Under the pieces are notes generated by a model, which saw only the letters and a program-made list of their open reading frames with translations, was not told where the DNA came from and did not search any database. DNA of 63,981 nucleotides, filler included, from Phoronis australis (Eukaryota; Animalia; Phoronida): NCBI GenBank assembly GCA_002633005.1. It is 4 parts of 4 records of this genome, joined end to end, with 100 filler letters (N's around TTAATTAATTAA, not from the genome) between each part and the next. Parts side by side here need not be neighbours in the genome. Positions count along the whole stretch, not along the records: positions 23,941 to 53,247 come from NMRA01000375.1; 3 more parts are not named here. One strand, 5' to 3'. Shown in pieces: positions 26,653 to 41,600 of the stretch (positions within the stretch are counted from its first letter, which is position 1; the number at the start of each line of letters is the position of its first letter). The translations under genes were made by a program, and so were the position numbers.

Positions 26653-29600
26653 TTTCCTTTACGAAGACGACCACTTAACAGACTTGGGTGGTGCTGGAGC
26701 CGCATCCAGCCTTGTTCTAAACGGCGCTCACGTTATAATAGGATCACCACACACTGAAGGTAAGAAATAGATTATACAATAAATCGTACTTAATAAGTTT
26801 ACCAAAACGGACTCTCGCCTGGCGTCTGACAGGCAAACGTACATGCACGTTTCTCAGAACAATGGCGCATTGAACACAACATGACTTTTTGGCATCACGA
26901 CAAAAATAGCAATGACGGGATACCTGCGGTTTTTGCAGAAGAGTGTTACGCGGGACAGTTGATTTGATATAAAAGTAGGCCTATCTAACTTGTCGTAGTG
27001 TTGAAAAACTTGATAGCGCACCTTCTCTGGAAATACATGTATGACTTCGCCGCAGGGATTGTTGGGAATATATTCTTTACTTACTGAATAGAAGTGCTCT
27101 ATTATTCTCCCAAACTTCTCCAGCGTTTTATCTCATAAAGCGCTTTGAGAGCGCATGACCCACCAGTCGTATAGTGGTTAGAGTGCTGAACGCACGACCT
27201 AAAGGTTCCGGTTCAAATCTTATCTTGCCCCAGGGGCGTACAATCGTCCAAAAATGCTCTTTGTTAACTCCCATGAGTACACCACATAATGGTACCTTTG
27301 AGCCTAAAACGTTGTAACACCTCAAGACAATTACCAAGATCGTTTTCTAGGAATGTTGAAGATGGCCGGGGAACTGATGACTAATCGAATCATCTTGCCA
27401 ATATGGATTGGCTAGGTCCTGACCAGATTACCTTGCCCAGCAGCTTGTGCATAACAGAGCAAGCTGGAATATGAAACACTAGATCCCTAGGAAATGATAT
27501 TGCGTTCAGGCATATAAACCAGTTCTGAATCTCAGCATAAGCAACTACTTTTGTTCCGATTTTACAGCTAATTACCCTATTGGACTATTAACGGCCTCCT
27601 GGAATCTTCCTCATATCACGTGGTTTGATGACTTACGGAAGGTTGAACACTTGGAGCTGATGAACAACAAATCAGTGTTTTCAACATTGGTCAACATGCA
27701 TCCACCAATAGAGCGTGCTGTAGATGCACTGAGAGTGATGTTAAAGATGTTAAATTGGGAACGGATTGGAATCGTTTACACAGAAACAGGTGAGCCTAGA
27801 ATCAGCGATAAAGTGGTGGTCATTTACATAAATACAAGTGTATCGTTTTCAAATGAACATACTTTACATAGACCCACATACTAATAGGATATGTATGAAT
27901 ACAATTGTATTGACCGTTTCCACAGAAACATGTCGAGTTGGCAACGGTTCAACAAGAGAGTAAAGTCCTGCCTACTAGCTCCTAAGGCGATACACCCCAA
28001 TACATGGATATTCTTTACTCATGTATAGGGATGGGGCGATACCTTGGCATATTTTTGGTATTGCCTACTCCACTTGGTCTTCATTCAATGCAATCCATTA
28101 ACGAAGGCCGCTGCCCCAACATATAGCAATTTTACTAAATTTCGTTGAATCAATCATCGTATATTGTGCTGCATTATTGCTGTATTGTATTTCATTTCGT
28201 ACATTGAATTATAGTTTTTGTAAAAACATGCAGAGTACTGGTATATGCTAACTTTAAGTCGTTCCCATTTCAGATGATACTGACGGTAACCAGTGCGCAG
28301 TTGTTGCGGATATTCTTGGTCAGAAGCTCACAGACATCAATATTCAGATAAAAATACGCATGGCTGCAAGCAATTTAACCACAGTTGGCGGTTACTTGGA
28401 CAAAATATCGCGCAGCTGCAGAAGTAAGTTGTAATGATACAGCATGGACACGTTAGCTGTTTACGATGGAAGTTACCTGATTGGAAACCCAAAAGCAGAC
28501 AATTCCATCAAGGAGGCAAATATATTACCACCAATGTGGTAGCATCGTAGGCGATTCATCCATTTCTGTCTGAACACACTTACCATCTTACCCCCAGATA
28601 TTTCCCTCGTTGTTGTAATTACCATACCATTGCTCCGTTTACTGAAGTGAGGCTTCGCGTGATCAAGCTAGCCCTTGCAAGCAATTAGCGACGTTGCTGG
28701 GCGCTAATACTCGCCAAGTCTTGCTAGCCCAAGGTTGTGTTCCGTAGAAAAAGACACTCGCGGAGCACTTGCAACGGGAAAGATTTCCTTATGGAAGCGA
28801 AACCGTAAGATTCATCCGCTTTAACATTTCAACTTTGCAAACCGGTTACAGTACTTCGGTGGCTGCCATTGTGCCAGGGTACGTTGGTGAACTTACAACA
28901 TACTTGTGAAACACTCAACGCTTTTCAGTCACGTTAATTTGAGAGACCAAAAGTGATCTTGCATTTTTGCAACGTTCTTGCATTTACGGAACGTATCCCG
29001 ATTTTGTATGATTTCACCTTGATGACTGTGTATCATGCGAGAACATGTTTTTCTTCTAGTCTTGCTAATGTGCACTACACCGGACGCGGAAAGAAAATTA
29101 CTCCTTCAGGCCCATGAACGTAACATGACGAAAGGTGAATACGTGTTCATCTCGGTTAACCCGTGCGTTTGCCAATACTCTCTTCCATGGTACAGGGGTG
29201 ACACGTATGATGAAGTAGCAAAGCAAGCTTTCATGTCATATTTCCAAGTTAGTAGTCATGAGGCCTTTTGTAGTACTTCTGAACTTGGTAAACATATCTC
29301 AGGTCAGAAAAAACATGCATTTTATGGTGCATGGATGTCTTGTCTAGAGGAGTCCTACACAACACAGAAATGTTTAAGACTTGAAGCACTCAAAGTATGT
29401 ATAGTACAAGATGACAATGGGGAGCGAATAAACACGAAGCTAAAGAGACGCGTTCATCAGACTCAAGGAGTGCGTCCCCCGAGTCCATGGAGTCAGTGAG
29501 ACCTTCCTGGGCACTGCATGTGTTTGTCAGAGAGGAAAACCTAGACGCTCCTTAGGGAGTCCACCTCGTGAGACTCCACGGTCCACTAAAAGATGATTTT

Positions 29601-32600
29601 AATGCAGATTCGTTCTAACTTTTTGCGATGTCAACGTCTAATCAATGGTCTCTATCACCAGCTCACTCGTTTCAGTTTCGCGACTTTTACGGCGTTGGTG
29701 ATCTCCAGTTCAAACGATTCAAGCAGGAAGTTCCCAGAAGAATGGCTCTTCCGCCATGGGAAAACGATTACGCTCTGGCTAATAATCTACAGGTATAGCA
29801 ACACTGACTAACCACAGTAGATTTAGACGCTCTTGAACATCGCTCTATCAATAGAATAGTTTCTTTGGACATTAGACACTGTCCTTGTATTGTTAATTTT
29901 AACCCTGTAGATCTAAGTCACCCTTAATCCTGTTGTGGTTCTTCAATCAATCATACAAACTGGCCTTTATGATCGATATTTGCTTCTACCTCTTATGGAA
30001 CGGAACCAGTAAATTTTATCCCATAATTCAGCAGTTTAACCTCTCCGACAAATCACTTCTACCGGTTTTCTTGATGCAGGCCAGTCTCTACGCGCCATAT
30101 TTACACGACGCTGTGTATATGTATCTTCTGGCGGTGAATATGAGCGCAGGCAGAAACAAGAGCTACACACAAGGAAAAGATATGTTTGCGGTTATGAAGA
30201 CTTTGTCATTCGAAGGTACCAAAGCAAGATACAAATACAAAAATAACTGCTCTTTAAATCGCCGTATTTCCCATCTGCTGTTTTCTGCTCTTTCCAACTG
30301 GTTCTTAAAATGTCCATTGCAGGGATTTCTGGTCACGTGGAGCTAGACAAAGACGGAAATCGTCTTTCAGAATTTGCAGCAATCGGTGTCAATGAAGATG
30401 GTTCTCGCAACCCTGCAATTAAAGTTCACTCAAACAATGCAAGTAATTTGTTCAACACAATCATTATCGAAAGGCACTTTAAAAACAGACTTACGTCTGC
30501 CGATGCCCAAACAGACACTCGTTACAATAAGAATGCGAACGTTTACATGAAGCTCAGGGCACAAGTCATACCCATGACGTAACCCGTAACAATGCTCCAT
30601 TATGGCGTTACAAATGGTTCAGGGTGACCCAAAAATGTTACAAAACTACCACTATTGGTTGGCGTTTTATTACCTGTTGCACCGTCTTGCTGCAATCACA
30701 CTATCGGATGGCGTCACATTTTGAACCACGTTAAGTATAAAAATAATGTGGAAAGTACTGCTTGACTAATAATGTAAACAAAATTGAGAAGCTGATGAGA
30801 GAAATCACTCCAAACATCATCAACATATTCTTTGATCAATGAAGTCGAGTGAGCGACAGCTTTGCTCTATGCCTTGCAGCCAAAGCGCACATTTAAAACA
30901 GCCAATGAGCCGGTTATATATCAACCTTGAAATTTTGCAACTTAATAGAAATGCCATGTGTAAAGTTAGGTAGTGAATACTTTCGAAACAATTATTTAAG
31001 AGGCAAAAACGTGGGTAACATTTTGGGTCATGTACATGACCGTAATCTTTACTCCCTGATTTCTAATTAAGCATACTTCGTAAAATAAAATAGGGGAAAT
31101 TTCGGGTTGGGTACAGTGAGCAACCTAGTCAAAGCCACATTTCTACTTACTGCTGACCATGTGAATTAGGAAATTGTTCATTTTGTTCTAACAATTACCG
31201 GATATTTACTGATGTTACCCATGCGCGCACCCAAGGGGTCACGGGGGGGGCTCGAAGGAGCACCCCATTTGGCGAAGTGGGCAAAAAAATCCGCCTCAGC
31301 GAAACAAAAAGTCCGAAAAAGTTCAATGAAAGGCAGGAACTACCAAAATTCGGCGAATGCCCAATTCACAGCTCTGGACTGAACGTACCTTGTTTTTTAA
31401 TTTTTTTAGTAAAAGGTCCACATTCTCAAAAGTTGAGCCCCCCCATTTTTAGGCTGGGTGCGTGGATGTTATCAGGCCTGGATTGAACTTACCAATTCAG
31501 TTAAATAAACCAGTCGTCACTATGTTGACGACTGATAAATGAGTGACAGCTGAGGTTAAAACTAGGGTGCGTTCCGAAGACCCAATAATCTCACGATCGC
31601 AAGATCGCGCAAAATCACGTGAGTAAAAGGCGAGTGTTTTGAGATCGGTGAGACTGGAATGTTGAACTATACCATATTACTCACCGTTTCCTTTCCATCA
31701 GTGGAAATTTCTCGCCGCAGGTGCATTGCAAGTTTCTCGGGTCTACGGAATGACGAAAAGAAACCCACAACTATCCTGCTTTAATGTTTTAACATGAAAA
31801 ATGATAATGCACAGAGCGTTTTAAAAAATAATCAGACCTGATCTTGCTGAGGCTAATTTTACATTTCCAGACGGTGACAAATCTCTCGACAAAACTATGG
31901 TATTTAAACGAAAACAAGCTTCCACCCGATATTCCGCCATGTGGCTTTAACATGGAATTCTGTACCAAGCGGAGCGCAGGTACATTCAACATTTATATTG
32001 TCACAACAGGGTCACATATTGGCGCTCTCTAGAGTAATGAGAGCATGAAAGGGACTTAGAATTGATTCTGACTCAGATTTGGTGGACAGAAATTACCACG
32101 TTGTAGTTCGTTAATTTAAAAGCAGGGAAATAAATTCCGATGTCAGTCCATCCCATCGTTTGATCGATTTTATTTCACTAACATATTTAAAGTTTTGACA
32201 CCTTCTGGGATAGAAAATCTCCAGCTTCAAAGGCTGCAGCCACTGACTTCAGTTTGTCAGTCACGAATTGTTATTCGCACTAGCGAGGAATGTATGGAAC
32301 ATGATGTTCTTGTCAATCCATTGATTTGCCTTTTTTGTAAGGCATTAGACTAAGTATATCCAACCGCACGGCAGTGGAAATTTACCGGCATTAAAATAGC
32401 AGCAAAGGTTTCAATCGCTGCTTATATCAGTATGTTGGCCTCCCTTTCACATTACAAGGGATCTGTAGGTGGCGCTGAACGAATGTCCACCTAAGACCTG
32501 ATCGCCGCCTGGCGAGATAGTGAATTTCAATATGGCGCGGCTATTTCGAAAATCACTGGCAGGGAATTAAATCGCAACCCTTTTTCTTTACGTAGTGCCT

Positions 32601-35600
32601 TATAGCTTTGAACTGTTACAAGTTTTAAATGATTCCTTAAACGGGCGTGGCATAGTTTGAACTTTTTCGTTCTTTTTAAACTGTCAAGTTCTTAATACTG
32701 GGAACTATCTTACTAATTACCTGCTTTTATCGTCACCCCAGAGCGCTGAACAGGGTTATAAGATGCAGGTATTAGAAACAGACAGAAAAGTATTAGTCAA
32801 ATTTTGACACCAAAATCGGTAAAGGAACTCCAACGAAACAAATTGCCCTTCAGCAAGCTTGAAAGTAGAAGGGTCTGTCCATCTGTGTTAAGTTAATAGG
32901 AATACACTCACTAAACTTCCAAAGATCTTGTAAGGAGCTTAGAAGATACACTCACAAATGCAAAAATACCTCAAGGGTGCATCACAGTAGTTGGATCCTT
33001 CGGAAAATCCACGACATTCGTGCTGTTGTAAGCAGGACCGCACCTATTGAGATAATTTAAATTTTATATAGCACGTTGAACGCACTTGCCAATTTGCATA
33101 ATGGTCTCGTGAGCGAAAATTAAATGCATCCATGATTTTCTCATCACTTACGGACACAACGCGCTAACAGTTTTATGGTGATCCTTTGAGCGGTTTGATG
33201 GATAAGGAAGCGGACTCCAAAAATGGACTTGAAATAATCAAAATGGCCGCTAGTTGCTACTAAATACGAAGAATCCGTACAAAAATGGATAGGCATCGTC
33301 GATTCTTTAACGATATCTGCCAAATTTCACGAAAATCCCAATAAGCTTATAGAATAAGAGCCAAGCAAAAAAAAAACAGCTAAATCTGCCACTAATATAG
33401 GGAGCACAGAGGAGCTCGAATTGGTCCGAAACTCGTCGGCGTCCGTTGTCAGCTCCAGATGATCACATCTGCAAAATGTTGCCAAGATCCTGCAAAGTGT
33501 TAAACGGATACAGCCACTGACGCATTCTTCTCATCTGGAACACGTCTGCCAATTTTGTTAATGATCATTCTAGCAGAGAGGAGGCAGTGTGACCTAGTGA
33601 GCTAAGTGTCCGCTTCCTTTTCTCGAGGTTGTGGGTTCGAATTCCACAGGTACACATTGCAACACTCTTTGATTCATGTCTCCAGCTCCTCAGCTCGGTT
33701 TTAACTAAATAGTGATAAAGCATAAACTGGTTCCAGGTAATATATGCTATGGGCCCACCCGAGTGGTCTGCGCACGTCTGATAGGCCTATAGAGGTCGCT
33801 TCAATTATTTTTTCGAGCAATTTGGTGGACAGAGAGGCAGGTACTATGAAACTTTCTCGAAATTTTAAAAAATAGCAACTACTGAGGCGTTAAATACCGT
33901 CGTCCGAAAATGACATGGCTCAGAGAAAAACACAAAATCTGATGTCACTAAGAGCAATAGCTGTAGTCGGATCGTTCCGAAACCAGTCGTTATCTGTCGT
34001 CAACTTCATGGGAACACATCTGCAAAAATCTCATTGAGATTCAGCTAGGGTTGTAGGAGATACAACATGCGAACACCTGACGCCAAGACAGAGATGGAGC
34101 GACAGTCTACCCGCATATGTATTTGTTGGCGCGCATAAAAAGGGAATTTGCCGTATTGTAGCGAACTCTAACGCAGCTCCCACTGACACAAATTAATCCA
34201 CTCATCGAAGTTGTCTGTTCATGATGCCAGATGGCGCTAGGCCTATTATGTAGAACAGGTTGTTCGAAAGCTGTCGCGGTGACCGTGTGATGTTTTCTCA
34301 AACGTGTAAAAATTACCATTTTATAATTGTTTGAAAAGTGACTCTTGGAAGTATACGTTTAAACTACCTGACTCCTCCATAACCTGTCACCAGACACCTT
34401 TCAAACACCCTGTAAATATGTTTCTTGGAATCAGACGTTCAAAATCGGCATATGCAACCGTTAAGCCGGTACTATCTGTAACACACCTGACAATCCTCCT
34501 GTCCGATAAAATGCCAGAACTCTTTAAACCACACACAGCAATTTGCTGAATGTCACATCATTGATCTCCAAAGTGCCTATGGGTGAGCATCAGGGCGTAT
34601 ATTCGGAAATGACATTTTTTTACCTTTGAAGTACTAGCTCGTACTTCCGGAAACGGGACCTTTCAAGGAAAAATGAGCTGTTGCATCTTCATGGATGTTT
34701 TTTTACTTCAAATTGCTGGATCAAAAGCAACGTAATGATAGGAAACGAAATCAAGTGGCTGACTGTAAACAAGAATGTAGTTTCCGTGGTTTATACTGTG
34801 ATAGACAGAGTGACACGTACAGATCGAAACTATTACAATTACACATGAAATTGTTAATCCACTAAGCAGTTGTGTTTACACTTGGCAAAAGTCTAGTTAC
34901 ATGCTTTGTACTCATCTCTGTCGGCAATCGCGCATTTTGACCCACAGACCCGGGCATATGCCGTCACATCAAAGGCTCTAGACTCCAAACTCTTTTATGC
35001 CCAAAGATGATTCTTGGAGTTACACAATCTTGACACAATGACATGGAAAGAAAACCAGTATATGTACCCAAAAGTGTTACAAACGGCACCGTTAGTTAAT
35101 CTCGTTTCGTGCTGAAGTAAACTCTGTTCAGTTTCTCAAAACTTTGTTTTGTTTGACATTGCTCATCTGGGAAACTCTGAACAGGAAAGTAGGCTCCTCC
35201 AAAGTTCCGAGCTTCATCTAAAATGACCTTTGTACTTTTTCAGTAAACGCCATGATCCTCGGCTACGTGGCAGTAGTGGTGGCGCTTTGTTCATTACTAG
35301 CGCTGGTGACAATGAGGTATGTTTTCTTTGTCACAAAAGATGAAATAATTAAGATCTACTTCTGAGCAAACAATTGCAAACAAGTTACACTTGTTGGCAA
35401 AGAGATGGTAATGGGGTGACTGATTCTGTTGATCAGCATTTACGCCATTGTGCGCAAAGATTATTCAGTCTACGTTACGTATTCTAGGCGACAAAAGGAA
35501 AGAACAGCATTAGTCAACAGAACGTGGTTTCTTACAAAACAGGACGTGTCTTTAGTTAAAACTGACGTCGACACGGTAAGTCTTCTTGTATTCCAACGTC

Positions 35601-38600
35601 TCGTCTCTAATACTTGAGTGTTCGATCGCCTCGCGACTGTTCTATCACCATGTTGAACGTGACGTTCATACCTAAACTTGTAACCATGCATGCGTGAATA
35701 TTTACGTGATCTAAAATACATACTTTATCGGTCATACATGTATATGTAAGGTTCCGGAGTACATCATCGTTACCAATTACAGCTCCTACATCGCCTGTCA
35801 TTATTCAGTTGCACGCAGTTGCAAGATGATTCTCACAGACGAGTGTACTACGACAGAGATCCAGATTCGTCCCTCGTCTTCTACAACGACCGGTTTTACT
35901 TTATGCACATACTTCGTGACTGCCCTGACGTGTCAATCATGGTGCAGAGTAGATGCAAGGTGGTACGTATTTACATTTTGTTAATCAGCATGAGGCGTAA
36001 GTGGTCTTTAAAGTAGTGAAACTACAACTTGAGAGGGCGTAATTAGAGTTGCCATCATTTGAACAATGTGCAATAGCGTCAGTCCAGTCCGCAACCTTCT
36101 TTGTATACAAATCTACAGGCAATGTAAAGCCCTGTCGCACGTAAACTCTTGTTGATGTCCACGGAAGTCCTTCCTCTGAAGAACAAAAATCGTTCTTGAC
36201 AAAGATTGGAGTAAGACGTTGGTGTGGTTTTGTTTTGGCGAATTTTTTCCCCAATGGACTTGAGTTGTCTTTACCGATCCCTTTTCGTGGAATACTAAGG
36301 AAAATAAAAAGGTCCATATTATATACCAAGTTTGCTGCAGCACAGATATTCCTTTCGTTCCAGCTTCAGCAAATTGAACATCAAAACATAAACTTGTTCC
36401 TCGGTGTCTATGTAGACGCACAAGCCACAATGGGCCTCGTCTTCGCTTACTGCGCACGCGGCAGCCTCCAGGTAAGACTTGTTCTTGAGGTTTGTTCTGA
36501 GAATTCTGCGAAACTTTTCTGCTCGCTATTTCAACACCTGAAACTCACAAAGCATACGAGTTACGAGAGGATTACCTAACCCAACCACAGGTGAAATGAT
36601 TGATATTTTCCAGGATGTTCTTCAAAGTACAGCCATGGACTGGCCTCTTTATCACGCCCTCATTAAGGACATAGTAACGGTAAGATTTTGCCTAGGATGC
36701 AAGGACTGAAAGATAACACCAAGGACATGGTAATGATAAAATCTCACAAATGATATCTTTACACAGGGGTTAGGGGGACCGTAAAAACACTAGCGACGTA
36801 CGATATGTCGATGATAAACTCACATCAAGGATTATGGCTATACCAAGACCACAATATATCTATAGTGTTAACAAGAGGTGTCACTTCAAAGATATCCTAA
36901 CGATAAGGTCACACCAAAGATATGGTAATGGTATCAGGGTGCCCCACTCTTAGCTTTCCTTTGGACTGCGCCCACTACATCAACATAAGTAGTCCCGATC
37001 TTCGGTCACATTCAGGCGGACCTCCCATATGAATATATGGGTCACCTTAGGGCGGGGAAATAATTGGCGTCTCGCTCGTCAGTTGCCATCACGTGTGGTC
37101 CTCATATCAATAAAGCGAGTCCCACTCTTCAGTCACCTTCGGGTGGAGTCCGCTCCGTTACATCGGTTGAACCCTTCTCTTCTACCCTGCCCAAAGTCAG
37201 CCAAATAGCATCGACCACTTTCTCATGAGAAAAATATTCGTTGAACAGGGCATGCAGTATCTGCACGACACAGTGGGGATATCTCACGGTAAACTGAAGC
37301 CAACAAACTGCTTGATCGACGACCGTTGGATGATTAAGATTACTGACTATGGGCCGTCAGAGCTGAGAGATTCAAGAAGAAACACAAGGACCTATGACGT
37401 CACTGGTAAAAGTATTTTCAGACGACTAACGCTTCAGTATCATCCATACAAGACAAGACATCAGATTGCACCAATAAAGATAGTTATGAAATGCTTCATC
37501 TCTTACGAGACTCTTCGTTCATTTGAGTTAAAGTGTAAAATTGCAGGACCTTACATGTACATGGTTGCCATTGTAGAGTGGCTCTGGACAGCACCCGAAA
37601 TTCTTCGTTTGCCTCCCGCAGATCGGCCATCTGCGGGAACACACAAGGGCGACCTCTACAGTTTTGGAATAATGATTCATCAGATGATCTTTCGAAGTTT
37701 ACCATACAGTGGAGTGGTAGCCGAAGGTGTGTGTTATATTTCGCATAATGATATTTTCAGCTGTGGTAGTTAGCTATAACGACACAAATCCTAACAAGTG
37801 GCCAAAATCTTTTTGAGTTCTGTCGGTCACCTAATACAGAACGTGATTAAATGGTTTTCCAGAAATTGTCCGACGAGTCATAAACGTGGAACCAGTGCCT
37901 TTCCGACCCGTCATAACTGATCGAGCTATGATTACATCACAGACAGACACAACCTTTAGAAGGATTGTGAAGATTATGAAGCAATGTTGGGCTGAGCAAC
38001 CCGAAAAACGAGGAACGTTTCTGATCATGCAGAAAGCTGTCATCGAAATAACTATTGAAGGGTGAGTGAACTTACAAACATCAACGTACGTATTCTTTAC
38101 TTCGATTGCATAGTTGATAACCTTGTGTTATTCAATATCATTGCAGAAAGAGTTTCTTTGACGATGTAACGCTACGTATAGGATCTTACAATGAAGTTCT
38201 TGAGAAACTCGTGGAAGAGAAAAAAGAGCAGATTGCCGTCGAACGCCAGAAAACAGAAGCATTACTCTACCAGTTGATGCCGAGGTTAGCAACTAGCAAA
38301 CACGTATGTAAGAAACAAACACAGAAATACTCCTTGGTACCATTAATTGAGAAGTTATAGTAGTATGTCTATCTTGCTATCATTATGAAATGGCCAAACC
38401 GCTTTCTTCGTAAAAGGAAAGAAAAGTGATAATTTCAAGAACTGCACGGCAAACATCCATAGACACAACTGCTAGTGTAAGTCAGGGAGGGTAGCTTTAA
38501 GGTGTCCACGACTGCAAGATACCGCTTGAATAGGGTAGTTGTGGACACGATAAGACTCGAGTTCGGCTCCTGGCGTCGTCGGATGTTATGTTCTGACTTG

Positions 38601-41600
38601 TAATTTTCGCTGCGCAATCGTTATTTGACGCCAAGCGCGACACAAATGCCACGTTCGGTGGTTGCCATCATAGACTATAGTTGTCTATAATCTATGTTGC
38701 CATATCTTTTCAAGACGGCGAGATTATATGTCGCGAATATGATGACAAAATTGGACAGGCGCTGGAGTATGCATGTGCCAAACTACTGGCAACCCGGAGA
38801 AATAGTTGTGAAGAGCGTTAGCCCAAGTCTGGACTCTTAATTCACTTTTCATGAAACCGACCACAAGAGGTCTTTCGAAGTTGCATTAAGTGATGAAGAC
38901 TGGATGAAACAAAAATATGGTGCTTCTAGTGAAAGAAACTGATATCTAGGCATAATAATCTTGGCATTGTTTTAGGTATGTTGTGGACATAATGTCGGAG
39001 GGTAAACCAATAGAGCCAGAGTTCTTCGACTCATTAACAGTCTTTTTTGCTGAAGTGTACGACTTTCTGAACATCTTGGTGTCAGTGACGTCACTGCAGT
39101 TTGTCAAGTTCATGAACGATCTGTTCTCTCGTCTGGACAGCGTACTGGATAATTATGACGTTTTTAAGGCAAGTAGCTTACACATATACCAGTTTGCAAT
39201 TTAGGGCCTGCAAGGTAGGTCGAGACGACATCGTATCGTCGACAACTAGACTGATTACTGATATATACTTCTATAGTTATCAAGTTCGGACAAAAAGTTC
39301 ACCATCTCTTACATTTTAAAGAACAGTTTCGTGTTTGGCACGGAAACACATTTCACGTGGCAACACTAAAAAGCCATAAATAGGATGGCGCTCTTCATCA
39401 CTTCCGCATAGCCTCGACCATGCTGACAGATAACGTTGAACAAGCTCTAAACAGGTTACCAATTGGTATCGCGCTAGACAAATAAAGGGTTTGGTATATA
39501 TACCTAGTACAGTATTCTGGTAAACTGCATCCGGGCAGCATGGAACTTCAACAACTGGAATACAAAACTCAAAGCACTGACATCTTCACAAGGTACACGA
39601 GGGAATTTTCAGTGTCCAGGCACATACAAGAATTTGTTTGTTTAAAAGACATGGGACAGGGTAGTTTCGGATGCACGAATCTCTCTAATGAACCTAGTGT
39701 GATCCCGTGCTTCGCTTGTAACACATGGCGACATCTCGGGAAGTCTTGGGTGTTCTTGCATTTTTGAGACTCTCGTCTCTACAAGACGTCCACCAGGTTT
39801 TCAGAGCTTCCCGTATGCTCACACCAGCACTTAGTTCAACCAAACTCCAGTGGCTTTAAATATAAATCGACACTCACACATATCGCGTCAAGTCAATAAC
39901 AAAGCCACACCGTGTAATCCTCGAAAACCGTTGAATATTGACCTGTCGTAAATTAATCCAGGTTCATCCCGGCGTATTTTCCTTGCTCTCCCTGGTAGTT
40001 TCCGACGGAATACCAATTTTCTATTGGCTGTCTCATCGTTGTGAAACATCCGCGATCATGTCAATATTGAATTGGTTGCAGATGGAGTTCACCAATCAGT
40101 GCTACATGGTAGTAGCAGGATTGGAGGACCGGGAGAACTGTGCAAACATGGAGCACGCGGCAATTGTGGCCAATTTGGCTCTGGACATGAAATCGACTGT
40201 TGAACAAATCGCTCTGCCCATTGAATGTGATGAAATCTCGGATCATGTTAGGCTCAAGATGGGTTTTCATACGGGGCCATGCTGTGCAGGTTTGTATGAG
40301 TGGTGGCGAAAGTTGAAGCGGTCGATCGCCTAACATCTGTAGTTAGGTCAAACAGTGGCACAGGAAAATGTACCCGAGAAGTTAGTGCACAAAACGAGAA
40401 GACAGACATTCCGTAAAGGTGCTCATTTGGTACTAATTTGCGACCTTAAAGTGATACCACGAGGTATACAGTTCTGTTCCGACGCTGTGTCGAGTTTCCC
40501 ATTCGTACCCTTTATGTGACACCACAGTATGATATGGGTTGATAAAGTGGTGGAAAAATCTCGTCATTATACAAGACGAATATGTCTTGGGCAGAACAAA
40601 AATTTCCCCGGCCACGTTCCTACATCATACATCGTGACTGAGTAATCAAACCCACGTGTCAACGACAAGCCACGCTAGTTCTATAACTTAATTCGCGACA
40701 TTTGAAGGATATTGACTTAAAGACCGTTGTACAACTATGAAAGCATGGGCGGCGCAGAACTAAGTGGGGGTCCTCACCCTTCAATGGTGCCGCGCCGCCC
40801 ATGTAGCTCCCTCAGCCGCCTATGGTGCGCCGTCCATGCAAAGCCTGCTGAGAACTTACCACCATGCATTCTATTCTTTTCCCTATTCTTTAATAACAGG
40901 TATCGTGGGTAAGGTGATGCCCAACTACTGCTTATTGGGCGACACAGTCAACACAGCCTCGCGCATGGCATCACACGGCAAAGGTGAGCACAATTGCGTG
41001 ACCAATAAACCGACAACGTCTCTGTCAAAGAAAATTTTTAGTTAGGGTTCATGTCCAACCGGTCTCACTCATATTTTTCCTTAGTCTGATTAGAAATGAA
41101 TTCCAGGCTTGAAATTAGACATTCCAAATAGACTCCTACCGACAGCCGATTTCATAAAGGTGGTTTAACAAAACCAGGTTTAAGATTTAAACTTGGTCTT
41201 CCTAAACCTGATCTAATTTTAGACCTAACTTACATTTCACTAACGAGGTTTCAAAGTCTGAAAGCCTGGTTTTGTTAGACCAGCGAGTGGGTTTAGTAAA
41301 ACCAGGTTAAAAGTATTCAAGCCACCCTCATGTGTCGATCTGAATAAACCGACAAAGAAACTATTGAAGTGCTTCAATGAAACCTTGATCACGTGGGTAT
41401 ACAATGACACACACTAGTATAGAATCAGTGCGGACATTTGAGAAAAGACCTAAAAGCTTTTCTCGTGAGGAAAAATGTAATATCTGTGTGCCCAGCACAC
41501 GCACACACATTAAAGTACATGCTCATAATTAGCCGCAACTGACACGATCAATGCCCAAGGCAAATTTATTTCTGTGTCATTTTAGTGTTTATTTTTCGCG

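Noticed and set aside
33581-33655. tRNA gene
   Set aside because: A and B boxes only, with no acceptor or anticodon stems; treated as a SINE head.
36715-36935. CRISPR-like spaced repeats
   Set aside because: Highly degenerate minisatellite in a eukaryotic intron; no constant repeat, unique spacers or cas genes.
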